64,000 nt of DNA, taken from Bdellovibrionales bacterium. GTDB taxonomy: Bacteria > Bdellovibrionota > Bdellovibrionia > Bdellovibrionales > UBA1609. The stretch is from assembly GCA_965197855.1 (NCBI GenBank), contig OZ240230.1:1089266-1153265 (forward strand). Direction: 5' to 3'. The notes beneath the pieces were generated by a model, which ran no database searches, had not been told where the DNA came from, and saw only the letters and a list, made by a program, of their open reading frames with translations. The position numbers were made by a program, and so were the translations under genes. Below, piece by piece: positions 17,021 through 25,120 of this stretch (position 1 is the first letter of the stretch; each line of letters begins with the position of its first letter).

Positions 17021-17462
17021 AAGTTATAAACAATATTTTGTTGTTTTTAGTGTGTTGGCTTTATTTTCATTGTTTTTTGCCTGGATTCACTATACAAGTA
17101 ACAAGGAAGAACCGGCACCTCTTGTTTTTCAAGTGTCGGATAATATTCCTCTGGGTTTTGTTATGGTGCCGATTGAGCTGGAAAATCATGAAGCAGTTAG
17201 TGACCTTATTTCATCTCATGGAGTGGTGGATCTTTATTATAAACCGGAGTACTTATCCACTCCTCATAAATTTGCAGAAGCTGTGCGTGCTGTACGTCTT
17301 CAAACAGGTCGTTTTTCAGTTTTAATTCCGGAAGATCAAGTTTCTCTCTTTTTAAAATCTTCGTTGATGTTTCATGCTGTGGTTCAAAATCCAAGTGCCA
17401 GCGGCTCCCGTATCCTGCGCCCGCGAAGAAAAAGATCCATTATTGTTGAGGCAGGTTCTTAA
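16992..17462 (+). CDS. Membrane-anchored protein, possibly a short CpaB/RcpC-like pilus assembly protein
   Basis: 156 aa with an N-terminal TM segment (YFVVFSVLALFSLFFAWI). IPLGFVMVPIELENHEAVSDLISSHGVVDLYY weakly resembles the CpaB C-terminal (RcpC) pattern. No SAF domain is seen. Confidence 0.3.
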   Translation: MVQPAFSLIKSYKQYFVVFSVLALFSLFFAWIHYTSNKEEPAPLVFQVSDNIPLGFVMVPIELENHEAVSDLISSHGVVDLYYKPEYLSTPHKFAEAVRAVRLQTGRFSVLIPEDQVSLFLKSSLMFHAVVQNPSASGSRILRPRRKRSIIVEAGS

Positions 17463-17463
17463 A

Positions 17464-18471
17464 ATGTTTCGATCTTTTTTTCTGCCTTTTATTTTACTGG
17501 TGACAATACCCTCCCACTCTATGCCAGTTATTTTAAAAGCTCCTCAAACTCCTGTGGAGGAATTTTTTGCGTATGTACAAACAGAAGATATCACCCCCTA
17601 TTCACAGAGACAGCTTGAAAAAATTCAAGAACAATCAGATTCCATTAAACATTTAAGGGTATTACTGGAGCAGGCACAAAAATCTTTTTTAAAAGATCAT
17701 TTGAATCAATCGGGAAATTACTTTCGCTCTGTTGTTAAAATGGCACATGAAAAAGATTGGGTGGATGAAGCTAAGAAAGTTATTTTTTATTCTTTTCTTC
17801 GGCTTGCTCAAATTGAATGGAAGGGTTTGGAATCAGAAGCTCTCTTGTATTCCGCTGTTGTTTTTGCTCCTCACTTGGATCCAGACACTCATTTATTTCC
17901 TCCGCCTTTAATTCAAAAATTTAACTCTATTAAGAAAAAACAAACTAAACTTTCTGTGTCTTTCCGGCAGGTTTTTCCTTTCCATGAGATTGTGTTGATC
18001 AATGGACGTCGTGTTTCTATGCAAGATATCGTTGAACTTTCTTATGGGGAATATAGAGTGACGGCTTTAAGTTCTTCTCATAAGAAATGGAGCCGTATTA
18101 TTTCTTTATCTAAGCTTGTGCAAAAAAGAATTATTACAACTCCATTAGTGAGTGGAAGCTGTCAGCATCCTATATTCTCTAAAGGTATAGATCAGAACCA
18201 AGTTCTTTTTCCAAACTTTTGTTTATGGGCGAATCATTTAAAAGAGAGTCCTTCCACAATGAATTCTTCACAACTTTATACTTCAAATAAAATTCAAAAA
18301 AATGTTGAGGATTTGCAGAGTACATCCCAAAAATTGAAAATTCAAAAGTGGGGAGCTTTAGTTTTAATTGCAGTAGGGGTCACAGCAGTTGCAATTGTCT
18401 TATGGAATGCGAAAGAATCTTCTAAAAAAGATTCTGCAAAAAGACCTCCAAAACTAAAGAAAGGTTTTTAA
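17464..18471 (+). CDS. Secreted, C-terminally anchored hypothetical protein (PEGA-like segment)
   Basis: The track ORF starts at 17374. ATG 17464, 1 nt after the upstream stop, gives a signal peptide (MFRSFFLPFILLVTIPSHS). EIVLINGRRVSMQDIVELSYGEYRVTALS is PEGA-like. It has a C-terminal TM segment (WGALVLIAVGVTAVAIVLW) and a basic tail. Confidence 0.4.
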   Translation: MFRSFFLPFILLVTIPSHSMPVILKAPQTPVEEFFAYVQTEDITPYSQRQLEKIQEQSDSIKHLRVLLEQAQKSFLKDHLNQSGNYFRSVVKMAHEKDWVDEAKKVIFYSFLRLAQIEWKGLESEALLYSAVVFAPHLDPDTHLFPPPLIQKFNSIKKKQTKLSVSFRQVFPFHEIVLINGRRVSMQDIVELSYGEYRVTALSSSHKKWSRIISLSKLVQKRIITTPLVSGSCQHPIFSKGIDQNQVLFPNFCLWANHLKESPSTMNSSQLYTSNKIQKNVEDLQSTSQKLKIQKWGALVLIAVGVTAVAIVLWNAKESSKKDSAKRPPKLKKGF

Positions 18472-19112
18472 TTTCCCTCTGTTTGAAGGTGATGAAGGTA
18501 TTGTTTTTCCAGTAAAGTATTTAATGTATCCCATTGTTTTTCTCTAGAATCGAGTTGTTCGGTTAAATCTTTAAAACGTTCTTTTAAATACGAGGGTAGA
18601 ACAGGCTGTCTTTCTGGTATTTTTTTTGAAGGGTAAGCTTCTGTAAACATCTTATTCCAGTTAAATTGTGTGCCTGGATCCACTTTGCCTCGAAACCCCG
18701 CAATATGCTCATGTCCCAGGATTCGATCCGGAGATTGAAGAGTTGGATAGATTTTTTGTAAATGCAGGATCAATTGAGCTAGAGAGCTGTATTGTTCCTC
18801 AGTATAATCAAATAAATTTCCATTGAAATTAACTAGTTCTACACCAATGGAGAAGTTATTAAGATTTTCCCATGTTTTCCAAACACTGTTTCCAGCATGG
18901 AAGGCTTTAAGAGGTTTTTTTAAACAAGGAACAATTTCGTAAATAATACCTTTTTGATCAATGACAATATGAGAAGATACCTTTTTGTCGGGGTTTTTAA
19001 AAATTTCAAAAGTTTTTTTCAAAGAACAGCCTGTATAGTGGAGAATTAAAAATTGTACATCGATAAAGGTATTGTCTGTGTTGGGGGAATGAAAGGGAGC
19101 TTTATATTTCAT
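18468..19112 (-). CDS. N-acetylmuramoyl-L-alanine amidase, AmpD-like (amidase_2 family)
   Basis: Motifs FLILHYTG, SSHIVIDQKGIIYEIV, AFHAGNSVW and NNFSIGVELVN are present. 214 aa. Confidence 0.75.
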   Translation of the reverse strand: MKYKAPFHSPNTDNTFIDVQFLILHYTGCSLKKTFEIFKNPDKKVSSHIVIDQKGIIYEIVPCLKKPLKAFHAGNSVWKTWENLNNFSIGVELVNFNGNLFDYTEEQYSSLAQLILHLQKIYPTLQSPDRILGHEHIAGFRGKVDPGTQFNWNKMFTEAYPSKKIPERQPVLPSYLKERFKDLTEQLDSREKQWDTLNTLLEKQYLHHLQTEGN

Positions 19113-19313
19113 TTGGATCGCCTTTAGTGTGATTTTTTTTCAAAGCTTACTTGAAAGTGGATTTATTGTCTAATCAGGGTCCAAAAAGAAAATTCCATTA
19201 AAATTTGATTTTTTCATATCTTAAAACACCATTTTCTATAGGAATGAGAAAATGTTGAATATTACTTAAAAAAACTAATATTTCTTAAGAATTTTGCCGT
19301 TTATAAGCTTGAG

Positions 19314-20678
19314 ATGTCTATACAAAAGGTTTGGGAAAATTTCTTAAAATGGCTCAAAGAATACCGAGAAGAGCTTCTATTCCTGCTGATTACAGTAGGC
19401 TTGACTTTATCTGTGCAGTTAATTGGCTGTAACGATCAGATAGCTTTTAACTATAAACCTCCTATGAGCTGTGATGACTTTGATATGTCTGATTTGGATG
19501 ATGCCAACTGTGAGACGATTCCACCAACAACTGATGGTAGAGATGATGGATCTCTTGAATTTGTATCTGCAGACAGTGGAGGCCCGGGTGCTATCAGGCC
19601 AGTAGATCCAAATTTACCTGGTACAGGTTCTTTAACCCCAGTTCAAAATCCTTCCGGCCCTGATGTTATTAGGTTTTCCAATACATATAATATGGGAGTG
19701 GTGGATATTATTTTTGTGATAGATAATTCCAGATCTATGTATGTAGAACAGCAAAATATTGCCAACCAATTTGATCAATTTTTGGATAGTATAAAGTATT
19801 TAGACTATCGAATTGCTATGATAACTGTTGATACATCTGATTCTCCAAATAATGAAGATCGCACCTATCAGGATGGTCATTTTATTAAGTTTAGCAATGG
19901 CCGCAAATATCTTTCCAATGAAGAGGAGAGTCAGTCTCAGCATGAAGAGAATATTAGAATGTTTAAGAATGCAGTTCAGAGGTCTGAGTCGATCGAATGC
20001 ATGCAAGCAGGAAAGGCGGATTTGTGTCCGGATGATGAAAGAGCGATCTGTGCTTTAAACAAATCTTTGGATATTTCTTCTCAAAGGGATTTCTTTAGAA
20101 CCACGTCTCATTTAATGGTGATTATTCTTTCTGATGAAGATGAGAGGTCCTCTCAGGAATATCGTGAACAACAGTGGGCTTTGAATAGAACTGATTACAG
20201 ATTAAGATCTTGTGATGATCCTCGTAATTTTTACAGTAGAGTGGCTCAAAGAATTGGTGTGCATACAGGAATCAGTGTGCATGCTATTATTATTCCCCCT
20301 GGAGATGACGATTGTTTGGAAGAGCAGGATGAATCATTGGGTAAGGGTTACTATGGGGAAATATATGCAGATTTTGCTGAACCTTCAGGAAGTATTTTAA
20401 GAGAATACCCTTATATAACACCTGGGCAAGTTTTATCTATTTGTGATAGGAACTATGGAGCTCAATTAGGTCGTCTTTCTGAGTATTTGCAAGAGCCTTT
20501 GCCTATTACACTGCCTTGTGAGCCTTATCGGGTTCAGAATGTTCGCTTAGTGGATGATGGTGATAGTCAAAATATCAGATATGAATTAGAAGGGAAAAAT
20601 CTGACTATTCTGGAAGATCGAGTGTCCTTGTCTTCCCAGATCCGTGTAAATATTCTTTGTCCTGCAAGGACTGATTAA
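19314..20678 (+). CDS. VWA-domain protein, membrane-anchored or lipoprotein
   Basis: 454 aa. LTLSVQLIGCNDQ is a lipobox-like LIGC after a hydrophobic segment. VVDIIFVIDNSRSM carries a MIDAS DxSxS motif. Several Cys pairs are present. Confidence 0.55.
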   Translation: MSIQKVWENFLKWLKEYREELLFLLITVGLTLSVQLIGCNDQIAFNYKPPMSCDDFDMSDLDDANCETIPPTTDGRDDGSLEFVSADSGGPGAIRPVDPNLPGTGSLTPVQNPSGPDVIRFSNTYNMGVVDIIFVIDNSRSMYVEQQNIANQFDQFLDSIKYLDYRIAMITVDTSDSPNNEDRTYQDGHFIKFSNGRKYLSNEEESQSQHEENIRMFKNAVQRSESIECMQAGKADLCPDDERAICALNKSLDISSQRDFFRTTSHLMVIILSDEDERSSQEYREQQWALNRTDYRLRSCDDPRNFYSRVAQRIGVHTGISVHAIIIPPGDDDCLEEQDESLGKGYYGEIYADFAEPSGSILREYPYITPGQVLSICDRNYGAQLGRLSEYLQEPLPITLPCEPYRVQNVRLVDDGDSQNIRYELEGKNLTILEDRVSLSSQIRVNILCPARTD

Positions 20679-20732
20679 TGCTTTAGCCCTGTCACCTTAT
20701 TTGCACGTTATTTAACAAGGGAGGTGATTGTT

Positions 20733-20927
20733 ATGGAAAAAACTCAAAGAATTATTGAAGATAGTGGGGAAAAGACTCAGTTCTTAGATGAGCAAAATAA
20801 ATGCCCTCTTTGTTGTGGTGATTTAGATATTTATGTTGAATCCATTTCAAAGAGTTCTTTAAGAGAAGAAGCTCGTTGCACAGCTTGTATGGCTTTATCA
20901 CGTGTAGAAAATCATATTGTGCATTAA
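20733..20927 (+). CDS. Small zinc-ribbon protein (CxxC...CxxC)
   Basis: GGGAGG ends at 20724 and the ATG is at 20733. Translates MEKTQRIIEDSGEKTQFLDEQNKCPLCCGDLDIYVESISKSSLREEARCTACMALSRVENHIVH. Confidence 0.45.
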   Translation: MEKTQRIIEDSGEKTQFLDEQNKCPLCCGDLDIYVESISKSSLREEARCTACMALSRVENHIVH

Positions 20928-21199
20928 CTTTTTAATGCTGAAATATATTCTATTGTGTCAAAAAATAGACATTCGTCATTTTAAAAATCCACTTTTGGTT
21001 GATTTTAAGGTCTTTTGATAATTTTTTATAAACACTATGAGTCAAGTTATTGACGTACCATTGTATTGGCTGTTAATTAAATTGCTGAGATAGTGGGGTA
21101 TTAGCGCAGTAAGATTGAATGTATTTTGTGAAATTTAGGGAGCCGTCCATTCAGAAGTATTTTTTTATGTAAATCAGTGGGCGAAGTAAGGTGGTAATT

Positions 21200-21532
21200 A
21201 TGTTAGATCCGTGTTTACTTGATGAAGATAATTTCATTTTTAAAGGTTTTAACCCTACGTCAGTCTTAAAGTCTTATTGCAAACAGATTTACTCTTCTGT
21301 TGAAGATAAATCTCCCAGTGAAGCTATCAAAGTGGCTTGGGTTTTAAGAACTGAAGATGGAAAATACACAGGTGTTATCCGGGTGGTTTCTGCTTCAGTA
21401 AGCTTTTTTATCACATCTACAAATAGAGAACCTCGACATCTTATTGATGATCTTTACTCTCAATTTTCAAATAAGATTACTGTGTGGAATCGCAATCGTG
21501 AGTTTCCTTCTTATCATACTTCCACTCTTTAA
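21200..21532 (+). CDS. Hypothetical protein, possibly HPF/RaiA (S30EA)-like
   Basis: AAGGTGG precedes ATG 21200. The pattern FIFKGFNPTSVLKSYCKQ...IKVAWVLRTEDGKYTGVIRVVSASVSFFITSTNREPRHLIDDLYSQFSNKI resembles the short HPF beta-alpha-beta-beta-beta-alpha layout. This is recognition by eye only. Confidence 0.3.
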   Translation: MLDPCLLDEDNFIFKGFNPTSVLKSYCKQIYSSVEDKSPSEAIKVAWVLRTEDGKYTGVIRVVSASVSFFITSTNREPRHLIDDLYSQFSNKITVWNRNREFPSYHTSTL

Positions 21533-21557
21533 AAATTAGTTTCATAATAATGTACAG

Positions 21558-21693
21558 GGAGATTTCTGTCTTCGCGAGGATGACGTTTACTTTTGGCTCA
21601 GCGGTTTTCGGTTGGCACCTCAACCACTTCGCTCCTGCGAAAGCAGGAATCCAGATGAATATGAAGGAGATCCCCGCTTTCGCGGGGATGACG
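21558..21693 (+). repeat. Full two-hairpin GATGAC repeat element preceded by an extra degenerate hairpin module
   Basis: GGAGATTTCTGTCTTCGCGAGGATGACG (21558..21585) is a degenerate copy of GGAGATCCCCGCTTTCGCGGGGATGACG (21666..21693). Hairpin A is CCTGC-GAAA-GCAGG (21634..21647). Hairpin B is ATCCCCGC-TTTC-GCGGGGAT. Confidence 0.7.
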
Positions 21694-21886
21694 TGGTTTT
21701 GTGGGATTAACGGAAGTGGATGATGGAATATGGAAAGTAACCTTTATGGATTATGACATAGGTTGCTTTGATGAAGACAGTTGTAAGTTTGTTCCTTTGG
21801 ACAATCCTTTGGATAAACTGTCAATGATGTGTCCGGTATAAAGTGTCAGCGATGTTTCAGGTTGCACAAGTGTAAAACATGACTGA
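21692..21886 (+). pseudogene. C-terminal relic of an rve-superfamily (IS481-like) transposase
   Basis: Translates RGFVGLTEVDDGIWKVTFMDYDIGCFDEDSCKFVPLDNPLDKLSMMCPV*SVSDVSGCTSVKHD*. This matches the conserved ...VGL.EVDDGIW.V.FM.YDLGYFD......P..NPF..KV.PMSPV tail I recall from IS481-type transposases. There is no upstream catalytic domain, and an internal stop lies at 21839..21841. Confidence 0.5.
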
Positions 21887-21953
21887 AGTATGAGAATATG
21901 TAGAAAATAGAATTATACTAGGTGCCAGAATGAAACAACAATAGTATAAGCAG

Positions 21954-22700
21954 ATGATGAATAAGAATGAAAATCCATTAATTAGTTTAGCTTTTAACAT
22001 AGCTCTTCCTGTAGTTATTTTAAATTACAGCTCCCGTTTGTTTCCTAGCTTAAATCCTATTATTTCTTTATGTGTAGCTTTAAGCTTTCCGGTGGTTTAC
22101 GGAATTATAGATTACATTAAAAATAATAAGCATAAAAACGTTTTATCTATTGTAGGCACTGTCAATATTTTGCTGACGGGTGGTTTTGCTTTATTTACTT
22201 TGGAAGGGATTTGGTTTGCAGTCAAAGAAGCGGCTATCCCTTGTTTGATTGGGTTTTGGGTTTTATTTTCAAGTTTTACAGATAAATCCTTGATGAAATG
22301 GGTGGTTAACAAATCTTCTATCTTTCGGACAGAAGCCATTGCTTTTCACATTGATTCACTATCGAAAAAAAATCATTATGAAAAACTTTTAAGAAAATCC
22401 ACGCTTTACCTGTCTTATTGCTTTTTTTTTAGCGCTGTTTTGAATTTTATTTTGGGGATAAGGATTTTCGAGGATAAGAGTGTGCTCTTTGGTGTAGATA
22501 AACAAAACATGTTAAATGAGCAAATTGCAGATATGACATGGATTAGTTTTTTAGTTATTGGTTTGCCTTTGACTGTCATATCCGGATGGACATTGTGGTG
22601 GTTTGTCAGCCGCTTACAAAAGTTAACAGGACTTGCTTTGGAGCAGATACTATTTACGGGTGAGAAGATATCCTCATCAAAAGGGAAAGCTTTGCATTGA
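21954..22700 (+). CDS. Inner-membrane protein (VC0807-like family, by recollection)
   Basis: 248 aa and polytopic. NPLISLAFNIALPVVILNYSS..., NILLTGGFALFTLEGIWFAVKEAAIPCLIGFWVL. Confidence 0.4.
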   Translation: MMNKNENPLISLAFNIALPVVILNYSSRLFPSLNPIISLCVALSFPVVYGIIDYIKNNKHKNVLSIVGTVNILLTGGFALFTLEGIWFAVKEAAIPCLIGFWVLFSSFTDKSLMKWVVNKSSIFRTEAIAFHIDSLSKKNHYEKLLRKSTLYLSYCFFFSAVLNFILGIRIFEDKSVLFGVDKQNMLNEQIADMTWISFLVIGLPLTVISGWTLWWFVSRLQKLTGLALEQILFTGEKISSSKGKALH

Positions 22701-22713
22701 TTTGAGACGGCTT

Positions 22714-23100
22714 TTATAAGAAAAGCTGTTCTTCTAAGGGAATTTTATATTTTTCTTTTAATTTCTTACTTTTGTTTTTATTTTCTATAAATTTTCTTTT
22801 TAAATGTTCTTTATTATTTTTCTTTGGATTTATAAAAAAGTTAAGTAATTTTTGAGCTTTGTCTTTGTTATCTCTTTGCAGTCGGTTTTCAAGAAAAGCC
22901 CACTTTAATTTGGATTTATTTAATTTTAATTTTTGTTTATATTGGCTGTGTTTCTTTTTGGATTTTAATTTATTTGCTTTTCTTTGGTAAGCTTCTTGAA
23001 TATGTTGCTCAAAGTTTGTTTTTTTCTTTGCCCAATGATTGTCAGCCCAAACTGATGAACTTAGAAAAATAATAACAAAGTATTTTATAATATCGTGCAT
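22714..23100 (-). CDS. Secreted, extremely Lys-rich hypothetical protein
   Basis: 128 aa. Signal peptide MHDIIKYFVIIFLSSSVWA, then a low-complexity K/N/Q-rich sequence. Confidence 0.35.
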   Translation of the reverse strand: MHDIIKYFVIIFLSSSVWADNHWAKKKTNFEQHIQEAYQRKANKLKSKKKHSQYKQKLKLNKSKLKWAFLENRLQRDNKDKAQKLLNFFINPKKNNKEHLKRKFIENKNKSKKLKEKYKIPLEEQLFL

Positions 23101-23187
23101 ACTTTATTCAGGGTAAAAGAAGAACAGTAGGAAGGCAATACCAGAAAAAAGCCATTCCTGTGCATTTACAGGAGCCTACATAGAGGC

Positions 23188-23279
23188 GAAAACAAGTTGT
23201 GTGTTTGCAGTTTGAGTCTCTATGTAGAGCATTTCATCATATCATAAGTACTAATTTTGCTTCTTTTTTTAAAAGAAGA
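23188..23279 (+). repeat. Intergenic repeat family 2, copy 1
   Basis: The 30-mer at 23189..23218, AAAACAAGTTGTGTGTTTGCAGTTTGAGTC, matches 27452..27481 at 25 of 30 positions. TTTTGCTTCTTTTTTTAAAAGAAGA (23255..23279) is identical to 27563..27587. A 10-bp inverted repeat, CTACATAGAG/CTCTATGTAG (23176..23227), encloses the first motif. Confidence 0.6.
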
Positions 23280-23429
23280 AAGAATGGATCCTTGCTTCCG
23301 CTGGAAGATGACAGAGAACCAAGCTTGACAGTGCTTGATGGATTTTATATGAGTTTGATCTGCAAAGTGTAAGGTCTCCTATGTTTAATTCCTTTATTTT
23401 GCATTCGACCATTTAAAGGCAGTGTGTTT

Positions 23430-24533
23430 ATGAATATGGGTGATGTTTTTAATTTTTTAATGGTGTTAGGCCAAACTTTTATGACGGCTTTAACTTGGGT
23501 TGCGAAAGTTCTAGTTATTGCTTTAGCTGTGACTATGGTTCTTGGGTTTTTAGTTCGTTTGATTAAAAAATCTGAAAAAAAACAAAAGAAACACATCAAA
23601 GTGGAAGACTTAAGCAAACAGCTGGAATCTTATTATTTACAGGTGAAAAAGGTAACAACTGGTAAAAAAACTTTTGGAAATCTGGTTAAAAAACTCAAAA
23701 AGAAAAGACAAGATCAGGAGAAGAAAAATATCTATGGTCCTGTTGCTTTTCTCTTGGATTTCAAAGGGGATATAAAAGCTTCCCAAGTTGAAATGCTCAG
23801 AGATGAGGTTTCCACTATTTTAAAAGTGGCAGATCCAAAAAAAGATGAAGTGATTGTACGCATCGAAAGTCCTGGCGGAATTGTTCATGGCTATGGCTTG
23901 GCGGCCAGCCAGCTTAAAAGAATCAAAGATAACAAACTTCCTTTAACAGTTTGTATAGATAAAGTGGCGGCCAGCGGAGGTTATATGATGGCTTGTGTGG
24001 CAGATACAATTTTGGCGGCTCCTTTTGCTATTGTAGGCTCTATTGGTGTTGTCTTTCAATTGCCTAATCTACATAGATTTTTGAAAAGCAAGGATATTGA
24101 TTACATTCAATTAACAGCTGGTGAGTACAAAAGAACAGTGAGTATGTTTGGTGAAATTTCAGAGAAAGGAAAAGCCAAACAACTTCAAGACATTGAAGAT
24201 ATGCATAAATTGTTTAAAGAGCATGTTTATTCCAATAGACCTTCTTTGGATATCAGCAAAGTTGCTACAGGGGAGTATTGGTATGGCATTCGAGCTAAAG
24301 AATTAAATCTTGTGGATCGGATTTTAACCAGTGATGATTATATTGCTCACTTATTAAGTGATAATAAGAGAGTCTTTAAGGTGAAACTGTTTATTCAGAA
24401 AAATTGGGCAGATAAATTTGGCGGTAAACTGGAAAGTGTTTTCAAAAATTCTTTTTTATCTCGAAAGCTCTTTCCAAAAGAATGGGATGCACCTATGGAA
24501 GCTCCTTCTCATGTTCCTGAGCATCTTATTTGA
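23430..24533 (+). CDS. sohB: S49-family peptidase SohB (SppA 36K type)
   Basis: N-terminal TM segment, then ESPGGIVHGYGLAASQLKRIK...VCIDKVAASGGYMMACVAD (catalytic Ser region). The track start GTG 23424 was replaced by ATG 23430. Confidence 0.75.
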   Translation: MNMGDVFNFLMVLGQTFMTALTWVAKVLVIALAVTMVLGFLVRLIKKSEKKQKKHIKVEDLSKQLESYYLQVKKVTTGKKTFGNLVKKLKKKRQDQEKKNIYGPVAFLLDFKGDIKASQVEMLRDEVSTILKVADPKKDEVIVRIESPGGIVHGYGLAASQLKRIKDNKLPLTVCIDKVAASGGYMMACVADTILAAPFAIVGSIGVVFQLPNLHRFLKSKDIDYIQLTAGEYKRTVSMFGEISEKGKAKQLQDIEDMHKLFKEHVYSNRPSLDISKVATGEYWYGIRAKELNLVDRILTSDDYIAHLLSDNKRVFKVKLFIQKNWADKFGGKLESVFKNSFLSRKLFPKEWDAPMEAPSHVPEHLI

Positions 24534-24999
24534 AATCAAAATCAGTGATGGTGTAAGATTGTTCTCCTTTAGGGCTTCGAAATTCAAAGCTTTCATCCTT
24601 TCTTTTTCCAATGAGATTTCGAGCTAGAGGGGAATTGATTGAGATTTTTTTCTGACTAATATCCGATTCATCTTCACCAACAATTTGATAATTGCTTTTG
24701 TTGCCATTTTCATCCTCTAAGGAGACATGGGCTCCAAAGATAATTTTATCTGATTTGAGTTTGGAAGGATCCACGACTTCAGCATTGGCGATTTTATCTG
24801 AGATTTCTGCAATACGGGCTTCTGTTAGAGCCTGTTGTTCTTTTGCGGCGTCATAGTCAGCATTTTCACTTAAATCACCATGACCGCGAGCTTCCTCGAT
24901 GGCCTTTATGACCTGTGGTCTTTTGATCTCAATTAAGTGTTTGAGTTCTTTTTCGAGCTGAGCTTTGCCATGCACAGTCATAGGTCTTCTGGACGTCAA
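24526..24999 (-). CDS. greA: Transcription elongation factor GreA
   Basis: 157 aa. PMTVHGKAQLEKELKHLIEIKRPQVIKAIEEARGHGDLSENADYDAAKEQQ matches the GreA coiled-coil. Confidence 0.9.
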   Translation of the reverse strand: MTSRRPMTVHGKAQLEKELKHLIEIKRPQVIKAIEEARGHGDLSENADYDAAKEQQALTEARIAEISDKIANAEVVDPSKLKSDKIIFGAHVSLEDENGNKSNYQIVGEDESDISQKKISINSPLARNLIGKRKDESFEFRSPKGEQSYTITDFDFK

Positions 25000-25120
25000 T
25001 TTCCATTTCTCCGAAAAAAAGACTATTTAAAAATTTTCTTTCATGCAACCATAAAAGTATTTTGTAGATATGGTAACACACATTATCTAACATCCAATAG
25101 AATACACGAAGTAATATAAA

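Noticed and set aside
25000-25120. An M-box (ykoK) Mg2+ riboswitch upstream of mgtE.
   Set aside because: The spacer is only about 120 nt and is shared with the divergent greA promoter. This is too short for an M-box of about 160 nt, and no conserved M-box helices were recognisable.
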